DNA from: Octopus vulgaris
Lineage: Eukaryota
Reading direction: 5' to 3'
DNA: 64,000 nucleotides
Assembly: GCA_951406725.2 (NCBI GenBank)
Contig: OX597841.1
Span: 15,066,001 to 15,130,000, forward strand
The notes under the pieces were generated by a model. That model was not told where the DNA came from and made no database searches. It worked only from the letters and a program-made list of their open reading frames with translations. This document shows, piece after piece, positions 29,299-43,469 of the stretch (the first letter of the stretch is position 1; every line of letters starts with the position of its first letter). The position numbers and the translations under genes were made by a program.

Positions 29299-29535
29299 GT
29301 ACAACTACTACTACTACAAATACTACTACTACTACAGCTACTACTACTACTACTACAACAAAAACTACTACTACAACAACAACTACTACTACTACAACTA
29401 CAACAACAACAACTACTACTACTACTACTACTACTACAACTACTACTACAAATAATACTACTACTGCTACTACAACAACAACAACTACTACTACTACTAC
29501 TGCAACTACTACTACAAATAATAATAATACTACTG

Positions 29536-29597
<62 letters not shown>
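27890..29597. repeat. (CCA)n, then opposed (GGT)n, then (CTA)n tracts
   Basis: Seen directly; about 27890-28345, 28540-28950, 29030-29597. Confidence 0.9.
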
Positions 29598-29976
29598 GTT
29601 GGTCCTTTTGATGTTGTTGCTGCCGCCGTTGTCCTTGGTTATTAACCGTGGTCGTGTTGTTGGATACAGACGACAATGGCGACGCTGTTAAGAAAATGTA
29701 ATTTAGTGCAAAGTCAGCCATTATTACAGAACTACTTCTGATCAAAGGAGTTCCAGGCGCGACCTTCCACTCTATTTATATATATATAATTACATTGTCG
29801 AAGGTGTTCTTCCTATTTTTTAAAAGTATTTCTTTCTTTATTTATTATTTTGTGTTAATTTTTCTGTAATTTCTTTTTTCTTGTAACTAATAGCCGGAAG
29901 TGTGATTTAGGGAGATTTAGTTGTTATGTCTTTCATGCTTGGGTACGATATAGATGTCACACTCACTCCTTTATAC

Positions 29977-30052
<76 letters not shown>

Positions 30053-30096
30053 TTACGAACTTACTTGGATATAGATGCGTGGCGTTCAATCAAATA

Positions 30097-30154
<58 letters not shown>

Positions 30155-30189
30155 GCATATATATATATATATATATGTACATATATATA

Positions 30190-30234
<45 letters not shown>

Positions 30235-30236
<2 letters not shown>

Positions 30237-30436
30237 TCTTTTACTCGTTTCAGTCATTTGACTGTGGTCATGCTGGAGCACCACCTTTAGTCGAGGAAAT
30301 CGACTCCAGGAATTATTCTTTGGAAGCCAAGTACTTAGTCTATCGGTCTCTTTTGCCGAACCACTAAGTGACGGGAACGTAAACACACAAGCATCGGTTG
30401 TCAAGCGATGTTGGGGGGACAAACACGAACACACAA

Positions 30437-30468
<32 letters not shown>

Positions 30469-30794
30469 GGTAAAGACCCCCTTCGGTCATGAATGACCAT
30501 GGGATTGCACCTAGAAAGTTACCCTCCTAGACACAAGTCCGGGCAAGGTTGTTTATGGAAGACCAGCAGTCGCCCATGCATACCAGCCTCCCCTCTCCAC
30601 GCCACCAGTGTTATCCAAGGTCGATACAGCTTGGCACCAGTGACGTCGCAACTCATTTCTACAGCAGAGTGAACTGGAGCAACGTGAAATAAAGTGCCTT
30701 GCTCAAGAACACAACACGCAGCCCGGTCCGTGATTCGAGCTCACAACCTCACGATCGTAAGCTCGACGCTCTAACCACTGAGCCATGCGCCTTC

Positions 30795-30852
<58 letters not shown>

Positions 30853-31012
30853 CGATGGGCTTCTTTCAGTTTCCGCCTACCAAATCCACTCACAAGGCTT
30901 TGGTCGGCCCGAGGCTATAGTAGAAGACACTTGCCCAAGGTGCCACGCAGTGGACTGAACCCGGGACCAAGTGGTTGGTAAGCAAGCTACTTAACACACA
31001 GCCACTCCTACG
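30235..31012 (-). mobile_element. SINE family A split by nested SINE D
   Basis: 3' half 30235-30440 and 5' half 30852-31012 flank the insertion. Confidence 0.85.
30468..30796 (-). mobile_element. SINE family D (tRNA-derived head), full length
   Basis: Minus head gaaggcgcatggctcagtggttagagcg (A box), gagctcgaatc (B-box-like), then cttgagcaaggcacttt core; inserted in the microsatellite of SINE A. Confidence 0.8.
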
Positions 31013-31451
31013 CTTAGAAATATATGTATCTAAGTCTATTTGCCAACAGAATGTGGCAGTCCTATACAAGGAAAACATCTTTTACAGCAGGCTATCGACA
31101 CACAGTCAGTGTCCGTATAGTATAAGCAAGGGAGGTCATCGCTCCCATCTGTAGCCCTCGTGATACCCACAGAACTAGGTTTCTGGGTTGTTTCTCGTCC
31201 TCAGTGGGAGACAATCACTGGCTAGTGATGGGGTGCGGGGGCCTCACTCAACTTGCTTATAATACATTCTTTTTAGTCTTTTACTCTTATATTTGTTTCA
31301 GCCATTTGACTGCGGCCATGCTGTAGCAAGGGACCGAACCCGGATACATGTGGATCGGAAGCAATGCCTTCATCACACAGCCACGCCCGCACGAATGGAC
31401 AAAAGAATGACCGTAGCACTGAAAGCATTTGGTTGGAGTTAGATATATATA

Positions 31452-31866
31452 GGCGTAGGAGTGGCTGTGTGGTAAGTAGCTTGCTAACCAACCACATGGT
31501 TCCGGGTTCAATCCCACTGCGTGGCATCTTGGACAAGTGTCTTCTGCTATAACCCCGGGCCGACCAAAGCCTTGTGAGTGGATTTCGTAGACGGAAACTG
31601 AAAGAAGCCCGTCGTATATATGTATATATATATATATATATGTATGTGTATGTGTTTGTGTGTCTGTGTTTGTCCCCCTAGCATTGCTTGACAACTGATG
31701 CTGGTGTGTTTACGTCCCCGTTACTTAGCGGTTCGGCAAAAGAGACCGATAGAATAAGTACTGGGCTTACAAAAAATAGGTCCCGGGGTCGATTTGCTCG
31801 ACTAAAAAGCGGTGCTCCAGCATGGCCGCAGTCAAATGACTGAAACAAGTAAAAGAGTAAAAGAGT
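31452..31866 (+). mobile_element. SINE family A, full length
   Basis: Complete head, body and (gtaaaaga)n tail. Confidence 0.92.
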
Positions 31867-32008
31867 GTATATTTCATAGAAGTTTGACTCAGCTGCGCAT
31901 AACTTAGAGTTTCGTGGGCCGCGTAAGGTGCGGGGACCTCATCAGATGTTAGGAGGACGTTGCTCTCCGCACCCACGAAACTTTGAGTCAGGTGGTACTG
32001 AGTCAGAT

Positions 32009-32248
32009 AAGGCGGCGAGCTGGCAGAATCGTTAGCACGCCGGGGGCGAAATGCTTAGCGGTATTTCGTCTGCCGCTACGTTCTGAGTTCAAATTCCGCC
32101 GAGGTCAACTTTGCCTGTCATCCTTTCGAGGTCGATAAATTAAGTACCAGTTACGCATTGGGGTCGATATAATCGACTTAATCCATTTGTCTGTCCTTGT
32201 TTGTCCCCTCTGTGTTTAGCCCCTTGTGGGTAGTAAAGAAATAGGTAT
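32009..32248 (+). mobile_element. SINE family B, full length with TSD
   Basis: TSD tgagtcagat at 31999-32008 and 32249-32258. Confidence 0.9.
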
Positions 32249-32299
32249 TGAGTCAGATTGTTATTATTGAAGCACACACACACACTTGTATATATATAT

Positions 32300-32500
32300 A
32301 GTTAATCCAAACAAGAAAGCACAAAAAAATACAACAACGCGAGGACGTGGAACAAATATAGTATTATTGGACGCTCAGGAAAGAAGGAAAGAAGGAGGGT
32401 TTAACATTTCGAGCGGAGCTCTTCGTCGGAAACATAGGAGAAGGAAAGATCCAGAGAAAGGAAGACAGGGAAAAATCACCAACGGTACACACGAGGTCAC

Positions 32501-32503
<3 letters not shown>
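32300..32503 (-). mobile_element. ~200-bp (TA)n-flanked hammerhead element, copy 2
   Basis: Minus 32433-32399: gttt CCGACGA a gagc-tcc-gctc GAAAT GTT aaac. Confidence 0.75.
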
Positions 32504-32538
<35 letters not shown>

Positions 32539-32644
32539 CAGTAGGGTGTGATTTGGGTGAGGATTTAGCTGCTATTTCTAACCGTCTGCTACTATGTAGA
32601 TGTCTCCCTCCTTAGCTCACACACACACACATACACACACACAC

Positions 32645-32712
<68 letters not shown>

Positions 32713-33055
32713 TTATTTGAAGAGTAATTTAGCAGTTCTGCGTGTATAAACGCCCACGCACTCAAGTGCGGGTATATGGGAGTGTTCAGATCATCTCCTT
32801 AACAGTTTCACATGGCTTCACCTCCATGTGGTGGTGGTGGTGGGAAGAGGGGAGGGGCTCGGTCCATGGGGTGGGGTTGGGTGGGGGTGGGGGCGGTGGC
32901 TGCGTCGGTGGCGACGGCGGCTGAGTGAGGATGCAAGGATTGGAAGCGGAACGGAAGTTGTAGCGAATGACATTTTAGCACCAACACCCAACAACTCTGT
33001 CACATTAACCATCATACATACGTACATACATACATATATATATATATATACATAT

Positions 33056-33151
<96 letters not shown>

Positions 33152-33156
33152 CTATG

Positions 33157-33523
33157 GGCGCAGGAGTGGCTGTGTGGTAAGTAGCTTGCTAACCAACCAC
33201 ACGGTTGCGGGTTCAGTCCCACTGCGTGGCATCTTGGGCAAGTGTCTTCTGCTATAGCCCCGGGCCGACCAATGCCTTGTGAGTGGATTTGGTAGACGGA
33301 AACTGAAAGAAGCCTGTCGTATATATGTATATATATGTATATGTGTGTGTGTTTGTGTGTCTGTGTTTGTCCCCCTAGCATTGCTTGACAACCGATGCTG
33401 GTGTGTTTAGGTCCCCGTCACTTAGCGGTTCGGCAAAAAGAGACCGATAGAATAACGGGGACGTAAACACACCAGCATGGCCGCAGTCAAATGACTGAAA
33501 CAAGTAAAAAAGAGTAAAAGAGA

Positions 33524-33524
<1 letters not shown>
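33157..33524 (+). mobile_element. SINE family A with internal inversion/deletion
   Basis: 33455-33478 is the reverse complement of 33395-33418 (1 mismatch). Confidence 0.88.
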
Positions 33525-33570
<46 letters not shown>

Positions 33571-33571
33571 T

Positions 33572-34118
33572 ACGATGGGTTTCTTTCAATTTCTGTCTAC
33601 CAAATCCACTCACAAGGCTTTGGTCGGCCAATGTGCCACGCAGTGGTACTGAACCCGGAACCATGTGGTTGGTAAGCGAGCTACTTACACCACGGCCACT
33701 CCTGCGCCTATACTCTTTTCTACTCTTACTACTCTTTTACTTGTTTCAGTCATTTGACTGCGGCCATGCTGGAGCACCGCCTTTAATCGAGCAACACGAT
33801 TCTTTTGTAAGCCCAGTACTTATTCTATCGGCCTCTTTTGCCGAACCGCTAAGTAACGGGGACATAAACACACAAGCATCGGTTGTCAAGCAATGCTCGG
33901 GGGACAAACACAGACACACAAACACACATACATAAATATACACATATATACGACGGGCTTCTTTTCAGTTTCCGTCTACCAAATCCACTCACAAGGCATT
34001 GGTCGGCCCGGGGCTATAGTAGAAGACACTTGGTCAAGGACGCAACGCGTCGCCAGGAATCGAACTCATGGTCTTACAATCGTGAGCCGAACACCGTAAC
34101 CACTAATCTACACGCCTT
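33572..34118 (-). mobile_element. Cluster of SINE A fragments plus a different tRNA-like SINE head (34037-34118)
   Basis: Family motifs; minus head gaaggcgtgtagattagtggtta...gagttcgattcc. Confidence 0.78.
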
Positions 34119-34676
34119 CTCTAGCTTCGTACCATCTTCTAAAAGATCCCTCAGATAAATGCGCTGCAAAGATACGAAAAAAAAAGAAAGAAAAAAAAAT
34201 AAAAAAAGAGGAGAAGCAGGGATGGTCATATCTGTAGCGGGTTTGATGTTTTGGGTTTTGTCAACAACAACGAGGCAGATAAGAGAGGAAGCAGGCGCGA
34301 GATCAAAGCCCGCCTCTGTGGAAACCATCCTTGTTCTGTGTTCTGTTGAAGAATTCTGCCTCCGGGAAGAAGAAGAAGAAGAAGAAGAAGAAGAAGAAGA
34401 AGAAGAAGAAGAAGAAGAAGGAGGAGGAGAAGAAGAAAAAGAAGAAGGAGGAGGACGACGACGAGGAGGAGGAGGAGGGGGAGGAGGATGGGGAGGTGGA
34501 GGAGAAGAAGAAAAATTGTTGGCGACCAACAGAGACACAGATTGTAATCTGGTGGATGGATGTGAGAAACTGTGTGGATGAGGAAGTGAAGGGGTGGGAG
34601 GGGTAGGAAGGAAGGAAGGAAGGAAGGAAGGAAGGAAGGAAGGAAGGAAAGAAGGAGGGAATGAATGGGATGCATT

Positions 34677-34714
<38 letters not shown>

Positions 34715-34789
34715 GCACGCTTACATTACTATGTTTGTGTTTGTCATTGCGTGTGTGCCTGTACACACATATATATTCAACCATGCGTT

Positions 34790-34861
<72 letters not shown>

Positions 34862-35063
34862 AATAAAATATATGCATATATATAAACATATATGTACGTA
34901 TATATATATATATGTATATATACTTACTTTTTGTTGTTAATGCACCGGCTGTTCGCTGATATCTGTATACTTCATCGATATTTATCAATGATATGCGCAC
35001 GCACTCTCTCTCTCTCTCTCTCTCTTTCTCACACACACACACACACACACACTCTCTCTCTCT

Positions 35064-35660
35064 CTTTTACTCTTTTACTTGTTTCAGTCATTTGACTGCG
35101 GCCATGCTGGAGCACCGCCTTTAGTCGAGGAGATCGACCCCGGGACTTATTCTTTGTAAGCCTAGTACTTATTCTATCGGTGTCTTTCGCCGAACTGCTA
35201 AGTGACGGGGACGTAAACACACCAGCATCGGTTGTCAAGCAATGCTAGTGGGACAAACACAGACACACAAACACGCACACGTATATATACGACGGGCTTC
35301 TTTCAGTTTCCGTCTACCAAATCCACTCACAAGGCATTGGTCGGCCTGGGGCTATAGCAGAAGACATTTGCCCAAGATGCCACGCAGTGGGACTGAACCC
35401 GGAACCATGTGGTTGGTAAACAAGCTACTTACCACACAGCCACTCCTGTGCCTATATATTCTTTTACTTGTTTCAGTCATTTGACTGCGGCCATGCTGGA
35501 GCACCGCCTTTAGTCGAACAAATCAACCCCAAGACTTATTCTTTGTAAGCCTAGAACTTATTCTATTAGTCCCTTTTGTCGAACCGCTAGGTTACGGGGA
35601 CGGAGACAAATCAGCACCGGTTGTTAAGCGACGGTGGGAGAACAAACATAGAAACACAAA
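35064..35660 (-). mobile_element. SINE family A full copy (35064-35452) plus adjacent 3' half
   Basis: Family motifs. Confidence 0.88.
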
Positions 35661-36084
35661 TACAGGACCTCTTCATTTTCGCTCACAGGTTTTGAAATTA
35701 TTTTTTTTAAACTAAACAGTTTGTAACTTTGTATACTGGTGTAATTTCTCATGCTTAACACGGTTTACTTTCAACATTTTGGACAAAATTTCGTTGAGTA
35801 ATTACTACTTCCGAGTTTCTGCTACCTATGAAATTTTACCTACTCAACTCCTTCAGTTTGGGTTTTTATTCACATATACAGCAACCCCTGCTGCTAACTG
35901 TGAACTACAAAATAATTTTTTCCAGCTAATAGAACTTCGATACGGAAAATATTTACAACCTTCTACGCCAATAAATCACTATTGTTCCTAAAAGTTTTTT
36001 TTTCTTTCTCCTCGGATCGTTCGAAGCTTACCAACTTCCTACACCCTGATCCTTGGATCTTACAATTACATATTTCTACATAAT

Positions 36085-36258
36085 ATATATTATATAAATC
36101 CGTTCTGTCTGTCTCTGTGTGTGTCTTCTAAGATCTCGATCATCCTCCATCCGATTGCGATCAAATTTGGTATGTAGATATCGACGGTATCAGGGCGTGT
36201 ATAAGTCTTGAAAAAATTACAAAAATCGATTCCACGTGAGAATGCGATCGATAAAGTC
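36085..36258 (+). mobile_element. Helitron/Helentron-like 5' fragment
   Basis: tatataaat...tctgtctgtc...catccgattgcgatcaaatttggtatgtagat, a layout parallel to the 5' part of the 16141 Helitron. Confidence 0.5.
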
Positions 36259-36640
36259 ATTTTTGTCCTGCTTTTCTTCCGTCAACATGTACATAACTGC
36301 ATCTTCCATTTTTTGTTGTTTTTGTACTGCTTAAAGGCACGTTTCTTTCCTGCCAAGCTTACTGTTTAAACCACGTTTGTGTTCTCCTTCTCAACAGCTT
36401 AATCATTACTGGTACTTTAAACTCTTCGGTTGCATATTTGCGTGAATAAAATCGTTTTTCTTCGGAATAGAAAAAAGTCTATCCTTATTTCTTCTTTTGC
36501 TGGTGTCTCAAATTTAGGTTAAATCAGTGTTTCTCAAAGGGGAGGCCAATGGGACGGTCGGACAAGTTATTTTGAGAAAATTTGGTTTAAATATTTGACT
36601 ACTCAGCACCGTCCATTGGACGGAGGGAGGCATTTTGTTC

Positions 36641-36682
<42 letters not shown>

Positions 36683-36776
36683 TGAGGGAGATAAATTAAT
36701 ATTAATTTTAATATCAATTTAAAACCAGTAGTCCAGCATTCAAAAAATCTGAGGGGTCAGAGAAAATTCAAATATA

Positions 36777-36967
36777 TGTGTATATTGGCAGGGCTGGCCT
36801 GCTAGGTAGCCGGCCAGAATGCTAGAAATAGATCATAAACGATCAAACTACAAGGAAATTCTCTAGAGGAAGAATTCTTCCTCTAGAGAATTTCCCTTGT
36901 AATTTGATCGTTTATGATCTATTTCTAGCATTCTGGCCGGCTACCTGCAGGCCAGCCCTGCCAATAT

Positions 36968-36972
<5 letters not shown>
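36777..36972. repeat. Spacerless palindrome, arms about 98 bp
   Basis: Centre GAATTC 36872-36877; arms differ by two 1-bp indels and one substitution. Confidence 0.92.
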
Positions 36973-37034
<62 letters not shown>

Positions 37035-37040
<6 letters not shown>

Positions 37041-37222
37041 GGGCAAGAATTCATGATTCATTTATTAGTTGTATTTCTTCAAATGGCGGTGCCCCAGCAT
37101 GGCCACAGCTCATAAGCTGAAACTGGAAAAATCAAAAAATCAAATATGCGCATTAATGAATATTAATATACTAACGAACATAACTAACAAGTGAGTCATG
37201 AATTCTGTCCCCGCCTCCCTAT
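37035..37222. mobile_element. Decayed MITE with a SINE tail inserted
   Basis: agaattcatgattcattt and aagtgagtcatgaattct inverted termini; tail ggcggtgccccagcatggcc at about 37083-37145. Confidence 0.5.
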
Positions 37223-37717
37223 ATCTATATATAACGAGCTTCAACACAGTTTCCGTCTACCAGATCTGTTTACAAGGCATTGGTTGGCCTGGGGCGATAG
37301 TAGAAGATATTTGCTTAAGGTGCAGCACACTGGGGACTGAACTCAAAACAAAATGGCTGCAAAGTGTTAGTTTACGTTTCTAGATTTGACGGCTTTTTTT
37401 TTTTTTTGCCCGGTAAGAGATGCGCGCACGCGTTGGTATGCGGTGTGGATGTATGTGTGTGTGTGTGTACATGCGCAGTTGCTGCTGTGTTGATGCTCTG
37501 AGCTAATTCTGTGTTTCCGTAGCTTAAAGGTAAAAGCAGTTGTGCGGGATTCATTGATACATACATGGATGCATTCATACACACACACATGTATATATAT
37601 ATATGCGTATGTATATATACATATGTATGTATATATATATGTATGTATATATACACCTGTATGCATATATATATATACGTATATTATATATGTATACATA
37701 TAAATATACATACATAC

Positions 37718-37768
<51 letters not shown>

Positions 37769-37942
37769 TCGGAATATATATGTGTGTGTGAGTATGTGTT
37801 ATTGAACTCCGCATAGAAGATCTGGGTTCGAATCCTAGCAGAGACGACAGCTCTACCCGTCTTCAACAGCGCAGCTAAATGCATTCGCCCTTCATGTTCT
37901 GTAGTGAGACCTGAGCGCGATTGTCGGAGCAATGTTGCACTG

Positions 37943-38038
37943 CATCATCATCATCATCGTCGTCGTCATCATCATCATCATCATCGTCGTCGTCATCTTC
38001 TTCATCATCATCATCATTATCATCACCGTCATCATCAT

Positions 38039-38070
<32 letters not shown>

Positions 38071-38107
38071 TCACCACCACCATCATCATCATCATCATCA
38101 TCATCAT

Positions 38108-38139
<32 letters not shown>

Positions 38140-38301
38140 TCACCATCACCACCACCATCATCATCATCATCATCATTATCATCATCTTCACCATCATCAT
38201 CATCATCATCTTTATCATCATCATCATCATCATTATCATCACCATTATCAACATACTTGTCGTCATCATCATCATCATCATCATCATCATCGTCGTCGTC
38301 G

Positions 38302-38333
<32 letters not shown>

Positions 38334-38405
38334 GTCATCATCAATATCATCATCATTATCATCATCGTCATCATTATCATCGTCATCATCGTCATCATCA
38401 TCATT
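37943..38405. repeat. (ATC)n microsatellite
   Basis: Seen directly. Confidence 0.95.
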
Positions 38406-38939
38406 ACCGCCATCAACAAAACAACACAAGAAGCCTGGCCCGTTCCTCAGTTGTCGAATGTTAGTTACTCCCTATTTCGAGCGTTCATGAGCAAGAAAGG
38501 GAAACTGCATCAAACAGCAGAATCCAGATATTTTAAAAATATGAAATTTGTGGAGAGTTTGAGCTTCGAACGAACAAACAAGGACAGAGTGGACGTACAG
38601 AGTAAACAGTCGACGAAGACAAACATTAAGGGCCGTTAGGCCATTCTTTTCTGGACTCGACGCCCATCTAGCTGGACGTCATTTTTCTCGCCTCCCGACA
38701 TTTTTTTCTCTTTTTTCTCTTCTACTATTTTCTTCTCTTGTATTTATTCTATGTGTGTATGTGACTTGATGTGTCTATGTGTGTGTATTCCTATATGAGT
38801 GTATACATGTTACAGTGATATGTCTGTGCGTATGTGTGTATGTGTGTTTAACTGTGTCTGTGTTTGTGTGTGTGAGTGTGCGTGCGTATTTGCTCAGAGG
38901 TACGAGCGTAAATGTTTGACGTTGCACGTATGAATACAG

Positions 38940-38940
38940 A

Positions 38941-38973
<33 letters not shown>

Positions 38974-39153
38974 ATATGTATGTATGTATGTATGTATATA
39001 TGTATGTATGTATGTATGTATGTACGTATGTATGCATATATGTATGAATATATGTATATATGTATGTATGTATGTATGTATGCATGTATGTATGAATATA
39101 TGTATATATGTATGTATGTATGTATGTATGTACGTACGTATGTATGTATGTAT

Positions 39154-39185
<32 letters not shown>

Positions 39186-39965
39186 TTATGTATGTATGCA
39201 TGTATGTATATATGTATATATGTATGTATATATGTATGTACGTATGTATGTATGTATGTATGTATGTACGTATGTATGTATGTATGTATGCATGCATGCA
39301 TGCATGTATGTATGTATGTATGTATGTATGTATGTATGTATGTATGTATGTATGTATGTATGTATGCATGCATGTATATATATATGTATGTATATATGTA
39401 TGTATTTATATGTATATATATATGTATGTATGTATGTATATATGTATGTACTTATGTATGTATGTATGTATGTATGTATGCATGTATGTATATATGTATG
39501 TATATATGTATGTACGTATGTATGTATGTATGCATGTATGTATGTATGCATGTATATATATATGTATGTATGTATGTATATATGTATGTACGTATGTATG
39601 TTTGTATGTGTGTATGTATGTTTGTATGTATGTATGTATTTATGTATGAATGTGTGTGTGTGTATGCAAGTACGTGTATGAGTGTGTGTGAGTGTGTGGG
39701 TGTATGCATGTGACTAGATTCTGGGAACGAGTTCGTAAGGTTATTAAAATGAATTTACATATCCAAGAAGATTTCTGGAAAGGAAACAGGACGACAGAAG
39801 AACGCAAGGCATACAACGACGATGCGGCAAGATGGCGGAACTTTTTATGCACAAACATACATAAATGCATACATACATGCATACGTACATACATACATAC
39901 ATTCATACGTACATGCATACATACATATATACATACATACATACATGCATACATACATACATACA

Positions 39966-39996
<31 letters not shown>

Positions 39997-40265
39997 CATA
40001 CATACATGCATACATACATAATACATACATGCATACATACATACATACATACATACATACATACATTCATACATACATACATACACACATACATACATAC
40101 ATACATACATACATACATACATACATACATACATACATACATACATACATACATACATACATACATACATACATACATACATACATACATACATACATAC
40201 ATACATACATACATACATACATACATACATACATACATGCATATATAGATGCATACTTACATACA
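38940..40265. repeat. (TATG)n and opposed (CATA)n tracts around a short unique spacer
   Basis: About 38940-39650 and 39855-40265. Confidence 0.92.
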
Positions 40266-40369
40266 TACAGACGAATGCATATATAAGCGTTTATGTACAA
40301 ATGTAAATGTATATCTATGTATATTTAGACGTATATACGTACAGAAAAATGTTAACATAATATATGAAT

Positions 40370-40414
<45 letters not shown>

Positions 40415-40775
40415 TATATATATATGTTTTTGTGATGTTTTTGCAGCCATATTAATAATGTATAGGTGTGTATATACGCGCATACATCTATATCGCTATA
40501 CATATATATACATATAAAAATGTGTGTATATATGCATGTGTGTATGTATATGTGTGAGTAAGCGTAGATATATATACTTATATGTACATACATATACTCA
40601 CGCATATATATATATATATACATATATATACATATATGGACGCCCACACGCATGCTTACATATACATATACATACACGTTATATACACATGGCCTTATAT
40701 ACACAGAGTATAAAACAGGCACAAACATCTCTATAGCTGTCTGCATGTCTGTCTGTTGGTCTGTCTGTCTCTCGC

Positions 40776-40819
<44 letters not shown>

Positions 40820-40875
40820 GCATATATATATACATACATACATAATGTAAATGTATATATATATACATATATATA

Positions 40876-40915
<40 letters not shown>

Positions 40916-40917
40916 CT

Positions 40918-41005
<88 letters not shown>

Positions 41006-41215
41006 CACATCATATTCGTATAACATACACGCACACATACGTATCAGGCAGTTAGGTCTTTGAGATGGATATAGCATGATGCGCGATATCCATACAATTA
41101 AAAATACATACATACATATATATACGTATATATATTTATATCCTTACTCACACACTCACACACACACATTCAGACACACACGTATACCTTCGATGACATA
41201 TATGTATATACATAT

Positions 41216-41294
<79 letters not shown>

Positions 41295-41483
41295 TAGTAT
41301 ATATATATATATATATACACACATACATACATACTCTTTTGAGGGATTAGAAAAAATGTGGGATAAAGATCTCTGACAGAATCCCCACAAGCTAAGGGCT
41401 ATGTACCAATTCCATCGTTACAAAGACATAAAAAATATGTATACATCGTTAATGATATACACACACACACATATATATATATA

Positions 41484-41565
<82 letters not shown>

Positions 41566-41794
41566 CGTATGCAAACACGCATACGAACAGTCACACACAT
41601 GCTGTACAGTATATTCGCCATTACGCATGCGTACATATATATATACACGCGCTCAGAGACGTATTTCAGCAGATGCAAGATGGAAACGGAAAAAAGGAAA
41701 ATATACTCGTAGAATATAACGGCACAATCATATTAATGAGTCGGAGAGACAAACAGAAGTTACACTAAGCTTTGCCATATATATATATATATGT

Positions 41795-41826
<32 letters not shown>

Positions 41827-42119
41827 TGTGTGTGTGTATGTACGTGTGTGTGTATATGTGTGTATATATGGATATATTTATATGTTTGTGTATGTTTACG
41901 TATGCGTATGTGTATGTTACTTTTACTCCTATATATATACGTACACATTCATGCAGACACACACACACACACACACACTCGCCCGGACACACAGACATAT
42001 AAAAGTATGCATTACAGATATATACATACACATAAATATGAAGATACCTATACCTCTATACATATATATACACATATATATGTACTCTTTTACTCTTATT
42101 ACTCTTTCAGCTTACTTTG

Positions 42120-42253
42120 TAAGCCCAATACTTATTCTATCGGTCTCTTTTGCCGAACCGCTAAGTGACGGGGACGTAAACACACCAGCATCGGTTGTCA
42201 AGCAATGCTAGAGGGACAAACACAGACACACACACACATACACACACACACAT

Positions 42254-42288
<35 letters not shown>

Positions 42289-42460
42289 CATATATACGAC
42301 AGGCTTCTTTGAGTTTCCGTCTATCAAATCCACTCACAAGGCTTTGGTCGGCCCAGGGCTATAGCAGAAGACACTTGCCCAAGATGCCACGCAGTGGGAC
42401 TGAACCCGGAACCATTTGGTTGGTAAACAAGCTACTTACCACACAGCCAATCCTGCGCCT
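42120..42460 (-). mobile_element. SINE family A
   Basis: Family motifs, tail region partly deleted. Confidence 0.85.
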
Positions 42461-42484
42461 ATGTATGTATATATATATATATAC

Positions 42485-42660
42485 AAGTTAAAAAACGGTA
42501 CCGGATCGATCCCAAAATCTAATCAGTTCATGGCAGTCATGGAACCAAGCATCCCTGAAAGTTTCATCCGAATCCATCCGGTGATTCTTGAGACATTTTG
42601 ACCACAGTCAAATATGACTGAAGACAATACTTCCGTCATCTCTAAGACGGAGGTAATAAT
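42485..42660. mobile_element. Helentron-associated (HINE/DINE-like) non-autonomous element end
   Basis: caaaatctaatcagttc...aagtttcatccgaatccatcc body and terminal hairpin tacttccgtc/gacggaggta 42628-42654. Confidence 0.6.
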
Positions 42661-42719
42661 CCTTTCTACCGGAAGTACTAGACCTCAAATATGGGGAAAG
42701 GGATTAATTGTTCAACTGC

Positions 42720-42853
42720 TGCTTATTTTATCGACTCCGATAGGATGTAAGGTAAAGTCGACCTCGACGGAATTTGAACTGAGAACGTGAAGACAGACGA
42801 AATACCGCAAAACATTTCGCCCGACGTGCTAACGTTTTTGCCAGCTCGCCGCT
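42720..42853 (-). mobile_element. SINE family B, 5' part
   Basis: Reverse complement of head and core. Confidence 0.8.
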
Positions 42854-42856
42854 TTC

Positions 42857-42900
<44 letters not shown>

Positions 42901-42902
42901 TG

Positions 42903-43039
42903 TAGGAGTGGCTGTGTGGTAAGTAGCTTGCTAACCAACCACATGGTTCCGGGTTCAGTCCCACTGCATGGCACCTTGAACAAGTGTCTTCTACTATATC
43001 CTCGGGCCGACCAAAACCAAAACTGAAAGAAGCCCGTCG

Positions 43040-43100
<61 letters not shown>

Positions 43101-43348
43101 CATGTGTGTGTATATGTGTGTCTGTGTTTGTCCCCGCAACATCGCTTGACAACCGATGTTGGTGTGTTTACGTCCCCGTAACTTAGCGGTTCGGCAAAAG
43201 AGACCGATAGAATAAGTACTAGGCTTACAAAGGAAGAATAAGTCCCGGGGGTCGATTTGCCCGACTAAAGGCGGTGCTCCAGCATGGCCGCAGTCAAATG
43301 GCCGAAACAAGTAAAAGAGTAAAAGAGTAAAAAAAGAGTAAAGAGAGT
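42903..43348 (+). mobile_element. SINE family A, near full length
   Basis: Head to (gtaaaaga)n tail, small internal deletion. Confidence 0.88.
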
Positions 43349-43469
43349 AATATAGAATAAATACAGGGGCAAGTTGTCCGCCTAAAATCCTTCAAGGTGG
43401 TGCCCCAGAATGGCCACAGTCCACTGACTGAAACGAATAATTAAAAGTAAAAACAATACTGAAAAAGAT

